A DNA stretch of 59,071 nt, taken from the IMG/VR virus record IMGVR_UViG_3300009103_001640, positions 1 to 59,071 of that record; one strand, 5' to 3'. A program made the position numbers and the translations under genes. This DNA comes from a virus (Duplodnaviria; Caudoviricetes). Below, piece after piece: positions 54,861-59,071 of this stretch. The notes under the pieces were generated by a model that was not told the origin of the DNA, did not search any database, and was given only the letters and a program-made list of their open reading frames with translations. The first letter of the stretch is position 1; the number at the start of each line of letters is the position of its first letter.

Positions 54861-55805
54861 ATGCATAAAGAAAAGCTAAAGATAGTTGCGTCCTGTTTGG
54901 GCGAGTACCGCATTGCGGGCGACGAGACACTGTTCTATTGTCCGTTCTGCAAACACCACAAGCACAAGCTGTCGGTGAACGTTCGTGCGAATGTTTACAA
55001 GTGCTGGATTTGTGACGCACGCGGTAAGAATGTTCGCCGACTTGTTCGCAAGTTTGGCAACTACGCGCAAGTTACAGAATGGGATCGTATCACCGGTCGT
55101 CATGACGTTACCGATTTCGATTCCATATTCGGCGATGCGCTGCCCGAGGCAGAGGCTGTGCAGCGAGTTTCCTTACCAGACGAGTTTCGCACACTGGCAC
55201 GCAAAAACCTTTCGCCAGCTACCAGACCAGTCCTAAACTATCTACAGGCTCGGGGCATCGGAAAAGACGAGATTTTGAAATGGAAGATAGGCTACTGTCC
55301 ATCGGGCGAATACGCAGGTCGTATTCTGATTCCGAGTTTTGATATGGATGGTTATGTCAATTACTTTATTGCGCGTGCGTACGATGGCGCGTGGATGAGG
55401 TACAAGAACCCACCAGCTAGCCGGGACATTGTGTTCAATGAGTTATACTTGGACTGGGATGAAGATATTATTATAGTCGAGGGTGTCTTCGACGCAATCG
55501 TGGCTGGCAATGCTGTTCCGATTTTGGGTTCGACTCTGAATCACAACACCACATTGTTCGCACGCTTGGTCAAAGAAAGCCCTCGCGTATATATTGCGCT
55601 TGATTCAGACGCATCATACAAGGAGCGCAAGATTATCAAAAGCCTGCTACAGTATGATATGGAAGTATATAAGATTGACACCAGTGGCATTGAAGACATT
55701 GGTGCGATAAGTAAAGAAGAGTTCGCCGCAAGGAAGTCAGCGGCACAGCGAATAGAAGACAGTTCGTATATCTTAAGCGATGCGCTGTCTTCTGTCCGCG
55801 TATAA
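54861..55805 (+). CDS. dnaG: DNA primase (zinc finger + TOPRIM; DnaG / gp61-like)
   Basis: CPFC..H....YKCWIC zinc-binding domain; YLQARG; RYKNP; VEGVFDAI; ALDSDA. Confidence 0.9.
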   Translation: MHKEKLKIVASCLGEYRIAGDETLFYCPFCKHHKHKLSVNVRANVYKCWICDARGKNVRRLVRKFGNYAQVTEWDRITGRHDVTDFDSIFGDALPEAEAVQRVSLPDEFRTLARKNLSPATRPVLNYLQARGIGKDEILKWKIGYCPSGEYAGRILIPSFDMDGYVNYFIARAYDGAWMRYKNPPASRDIVFNELYLDWDEDIIIVEGVFDAIVAGNAVPILGSTLNHNTTLFARLVKESPRVYIALDSDASYKERKIIKSLLQYDMEVYKIDTSGIEDIGAISKEEFAARKSAAQRIEDSSYILSDALSSVRV

Positions 55806-55814
55806 GGAGGAGAA

Positions 55815-55997
55815 TTGCCAGCAAGTTTGTTGTTTGCTTTGCTATGCAGCTATGGTGTAGCGTTTTTGATAGGGTTATTTATTGGCACAACCGCACCACA
55901 ACGACGCAAAGCAAGAAATATTAAAGATTACAGAAGGTTTTATGAACAGGAGCACCGTGAGGCTCAAAACGATTCGTGGAACCACCCCACATTTTAG
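55815..55997 (+). CDS. Small membrane protein (TTG start)
   Basis: AAGGAGG just upstream; hydrophobic N-terminus then basic stretch; fills the gap between primase and nuclease. Confidence 0.5.
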   Translation: MPASLLFALLCSYGVAFLIGLFIGTTAPQRRKARNIKDYRRFYEQEHREAQNDSWNHPTF

Positions 55998-56006
55998 AGG
56001 ACAAAA

Positions 56007-59000
56007 ATGAAGTTTGCTCATATTGCAGATACGCACATTAAAAATTTAAAGTACCATTACGAATACAAGGAAGTGTTCAAGCAGCTATATCAAGCGCTGC
56101 GTGACGAAGAAGTAGATTGTATCGTACACTGTGGAGATATTGCCCACACCAAGACACAAATCTCTCCAGAGTTTGTAGAGCTTTGTTCTGACTTTTTTCG
56201 GAACCTTGAGAGCATCGCACCCACGTATATCATCTTGGGGAACCATGACGGTAACCTGCGCAACAGCAGCCGTCAGGACGCCATTACACCCATCGTAGAG
56301 GCTCTGGACCTGCCTGACCTGCATCTGCTCAAGGACGCGGGAGAAACGGCTTTAAACGCCGATTATACGCTGAACGTGCTATCTGTGTTTGACGAGGAGA
56401 ACTGGACAGATCCGACTGATGCGGACAAGATCAACATCGCTCTGTACCATGGCTCGATTTCTGGCGTCAAGACTGACGCTGGCTGGGTCATGGAGCACGG
56501 AGAGCATGATATCAAAATCTTCGACAAGTTTGACTTTGCGTTTTTGGGAGACATTCACAAGACGGATCAGGTGCTCGACGATGAGGGTCGCATCCGTTAT
56601 CCCGGTTCCACTATCCAACAGAACCATGGCGAGACGAACGACAAGGGGCTTCTCATTTGGGACATTAAGGATCGCGACACATGGGACGTGAAGCACGTTG
56701 CTTTCAAGAATCCCAAGCCCTTCGTGACGATTGAGTTGACTCCGAAGGGTCGCATGCCAAAGAAGATTGAGGTACCGAAGGGCGCTCGTCTGCGCTTGGT
56801 GTCAAACAATAACCTTCCGCTTAACCGGATGAAGAAGGCTCTTGACGTTGCCAAGCATCGCTTCAAGCCAGAGGCGATTACGTTTCTTAATCGCGCAGCA
56901 GGCGAGCGAGGGAACGTTGACGCCCTGACATACAATCTAGTTAAGGAAGACTTGCGAGATCCTGTGGTACAGGAAGAGTTGATCGAAGAATATCTCAAAG
57001 AGTATGAGGTAGACGATGACCTGATGAAAGAGGTTCATTCTATCAACGGACACTACAATCGTATTGTCGAGAAGGAAGAGGAGATCACCCGTAACGTAAA
57101 CTGGAAGCTGAACTCATTTAAGTTTGACAACCTGTTTAACTTCGGTGAAGGTAACTCGATTGACTTTGAGAAGCTAAACGGTATTGTTGGCATCTTCGGG
57201 AAGAACTACAGCGGAAAGAGCAGTATTATTGATGGCTTGCTGTTTACTATGTTCAACTCCACGTCCAAGAACGAACGCAAGAACCTGAATGTGATTAACC
57301 AGCACAAACAGGACTGTGACGCAACGGTTGAATTCTCGATTGGTGAAAAGGTGTATACAGTTAATCGCCAGTGCGAGAAATATATTAAACGCCTGAAGGG
57401 TGAAGAGACTGTCGAGGCAAAGACCGATCTTGAATTTACGTCTGAGTGTCTGATTAGTGGCGACACAATGAGCGAGAATGGGCTGACTCGTAACGAGACA
57501 GATAAGAACATTCGCAAGGTGGTTGGTACGCTTGACGACTTCTTATTGTCGTCTATGTCGTCGCAGCATGGAGCGCTCCAATTTATTAACGAGGGAACAA
57601 CCCGACGCAAGGAAATCTTCGCAAAATTTCTCGACCTAGAAGTTTTTGAGAAAAAGTTTAGGTTGGCGAAGGAAGACAGCGCGGACATGAAGGGTGCCCT
57701 CAAGAGACTTGAGGATCGCGATTACGATGCGGAGTTGACTGAGTTACAGTCCAGCGAAGCGCATGTGCTTGAAAGCTTGGGTATATGTCAGCAGGCTCTC
57801 ACCATTGAGAAGACCCACCGCGACAACTTTAAGGACGTGTTGGATGACATTGTTAACAAGATTGAAAGCGTGCCATCCGGCATCGTTGATATCGTTGGTA
57901 TCAAGAAGAAGCTGTCAGATAAGCGAATCCGCGCTAGCGCCCTGCGCGCAGAGAACGTGAGCCTGTCGAAAGATTGCGCACACAAAGAGTCGATTCGCAT
58001 TCGCATGGATAGTTTCATCAAAGAGTTTGATGTAGATACATACCGCATGAGACAGCAACAAATCGAAGAACTTATCGCTTCTGCTGCTGACTCGCAAAAG
58101 AACCTAGACGCAGAACAGTCCGAAGCCCGCCGACAGGAAAAGAAGATTAGAATGTTGGCAGATCATGAGTACGATCCAGACTGCAAATACTGTTCTGAAA
58201 ATAAGTTTGTAAAGGACGCACATGTGGCTAAGGCATCGCTACCCAAGACACAGGAAAAGATCGCGAAGATCGAAGAGTCTATAGCCGCGCTTCAAACTCA
58301 GCTTGATGGTTTAGAGCCGGCAAGAGTCAAGAGGTACCTGACGCGATACGAGGATCTGATGCGCAAATCTGCTGAGTTGTCGGGAGAGATTTCCGACTGC
58401 CGCTTGCAGGTGCAAAAGAACAAGACCTCTATCATACGCATCGAAAAGGAGATCTCCGATCTTGAAGCTAACGAGCGAGTGTATGAGGAGAATCGTGATG
58501 CTATCGAGAATCTGGAAGCGCTGCTGAAGGACCGTGATCGGGCTGAGAGAAAGCTGGAAAAGTCGAACATTAAGCTTTCAGTACTTAACAACGAACTCAT
58601 GGATTTACACAAAGAGCACGGTTCAGTCGAGAGCAAGATCGAAAATCTGGAAGGCGCCCAACAAGAGTTGGCTGATTTGCAGAAGCGGTACGCGGCATAC
58701 GATCTGTTCATGCGCTGCATGCATTCTAACGGTATTGCTTACGACATTATCAAGAAGAAGCTACCAGTCATCAATGAAGAGATCGCGAAGGTCTTGGCGA
58801 ATATCGTAGACTTTGAGATCTTCTTTGAGGACGATGGCAAGAAGATGAATGTCTTTATCAAGCATCCTCGTCACGAAGCCCGACCTTTGGAAATGGGCTC
58901 TGGCGCAGAGAAAACTTTGGCAGCTATGGCAATCCGATTGTCGCTGCTGAGCGTTTCATCTTTGCCAAAGGGCGATCTTTTCATCCTCGATGAACCGGGT

Positions 59001-59071
59001 ACTGCTCTTGATGAGGAGAATATGGAAGGGTTTATTCGCATCTTGGAACTAATTAAGACGTACTTTAAAAC
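56007..59071 (+). CDS. Fused Mre11/SbcD nuclease-Rad50/SbcC ATPase (T4 gp47-gp46-like), truncated by window end
   Basis: One frame from ATG 56007: HIADTH, CGD, LGNHD, YHG, LGDIH, YPGS; Walker A GKNYSGKS (57198-57221); zinc hook CKYC (58182-58193); signature GSGAE; Walker B/D-loop FILDEPGTALD. Absent from ORF track. Confidence 0.93.
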   Translation, partial: MKFAHIADTHIKNLKYHYEYKEVFKQLYQALRDEEVDCIVHCGDIAHTKTQISPEFVELCSDFFRNLESIAPTYIILGNHDGNLRNSSRQDAITPIVEALDLPDLHLLKDAGETALNADYTLNVLSVFDEENWTDPTDADKINIALYHGSISGVKTDAGWVMEHGEHDIKIFDKFDFAFLGDIHKTDQVLDDEGRIRYPGSTIQQNHGETNDKGLLIWDIKDRDTWDVKHVAFKNPKPFVTIELTPKGRMPKKIEVPKGARLRLVSNNNLPLNRMKKALDVAKHRFKPEAITFLNRAAGERGNVDALTYNLVKEDLRDPVVQEELIEEYLKEYEVDDDLMKEVHSINGHYNRIVEKEEEITRNVNWKLNSFKFDNLFNFGEGNSIDFEKLNGIVGIFGKNYSGKSSIIDGLLFTMFNSTSKNERKNLNVINQHKQDCDATVEFSIGEKVYTVNRQCEKYIKRLKGEETVEAKTDLEFTSECLISGDTMSENGLTRNETDKNIRKVVGTLDDFLLSSMSSQHGALQFINEGTTRRKEIFAKFLDLEVFEKKFRLAKEDSADMKGALKRLEDRDYDAELTELQSSEAHVLESLGICQQALTIEKTHRDNFKDVLDDIVNKIESVPSGIVDIVGIKKKLSDKRIRASALRAENVSLSKDCAHKESIRIRMDSFIKEFDVDTYRMRQQQIEELIASAADSQKNLDAEQSEARRQEKKIRMLADHEYDPDCKYCSENKFVKDAHVAKASLPKTQEKIAKIEESIAALQTQLDGLEPARVKRYLTRYEDLMRKSAELSGEISDCRLQVQKNKTSIIRIEKEISDLEANERVYEENRDAIENLEALLKDRDRAERKLEKSNIKLSVLNNELMDLHKEHGSVESKIENLEGAQQELADLQKRYAAYDLFMRCMHSNGIAYDIIKKKLPVINEEIAKVLANIVDFEIFFEDDGKKMNVFIKHPRHEARPLEMGSGAEKTLAAMAIRLSLLSVSSLPKGDLFILDEPGTALDEENMEGFIRILELIKTYFK

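Noticed and set aside
386-58809. Many minus-strand and alternate-frame ORFs in the track
   Set aside because: All lie within long, motif-bearing plus-strand genes and show no recognisable motifs; they are shadow ORFs. Those from 56085 onward overlap the Mre11-Rad50 fusion.
1-59071. Eukaryotic giant virus, T6SS/eCIS locus or prophage
   Set aside because: Sugar genes and the Mre11-Rad50 fusion recall Mimiviridae, but gp25/gp6, a sigma factor, SD sites and peptidoglycan hydrolases indicate a bacteriophage. Primase and RuvC argue against eCIS. No integrase or host genes are seen.
1-59071. tRNA/ncRNA genes, strong intrinsic terminators, stop-codon recoding
   Set aside because: Intergenic gaps are under 80 nt with no cloverleaf or GC hairpin plus U-tract seen. 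Genes end normally at TAA, TAG and TGA, with the next gene starting close by.

Overview
A 59 kb, densely coded, all plus-strand segment of a large, probably jumbo, lytic myovirus-type bacteriophage using the standard genetic code. It has four modules. (1) 1-5093: nucleotide-sugar/glycan genes (NTP-transferase C-terminus, HAD phosphatase, GT-like, GDPD-like, DegT aminotransferase, cupin, StrG-like dioxygenase, gmd). (2) 5104-6883: small genes plus a phage sigma factor. (3) 6888-54289: a ~47 kb baseplate/tail block with an OB-fold protein carrying amidase and M23 domains, an HxH spike, a 2859-aa protein, gp25, gp6, a DNRLRE protein, a 5918-aa gp7/gpI-like LamG protein, collar/fibre paralogues and a J-domain protein. 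(4) 54291-end: RuvC, primase and an in-frame Mre11-Rad50 fusion that the ORF track misses because it runs off the end. The most unusual signals are: nested 'Russian-doll' domain repeats, A1(A2(A3B3)B2)B1, in the giant protein; strong [S/T]-G-S enrichment limited to some virion proteins beside the sugar cluster (candidate virion glycosylation system); apparent near-total avoidance of GGCC and CCWGG; and a recurrent ACTAWTTA candidate late promoter. All functional calls come from motif recognition by eye; no searches or computed counts were run.
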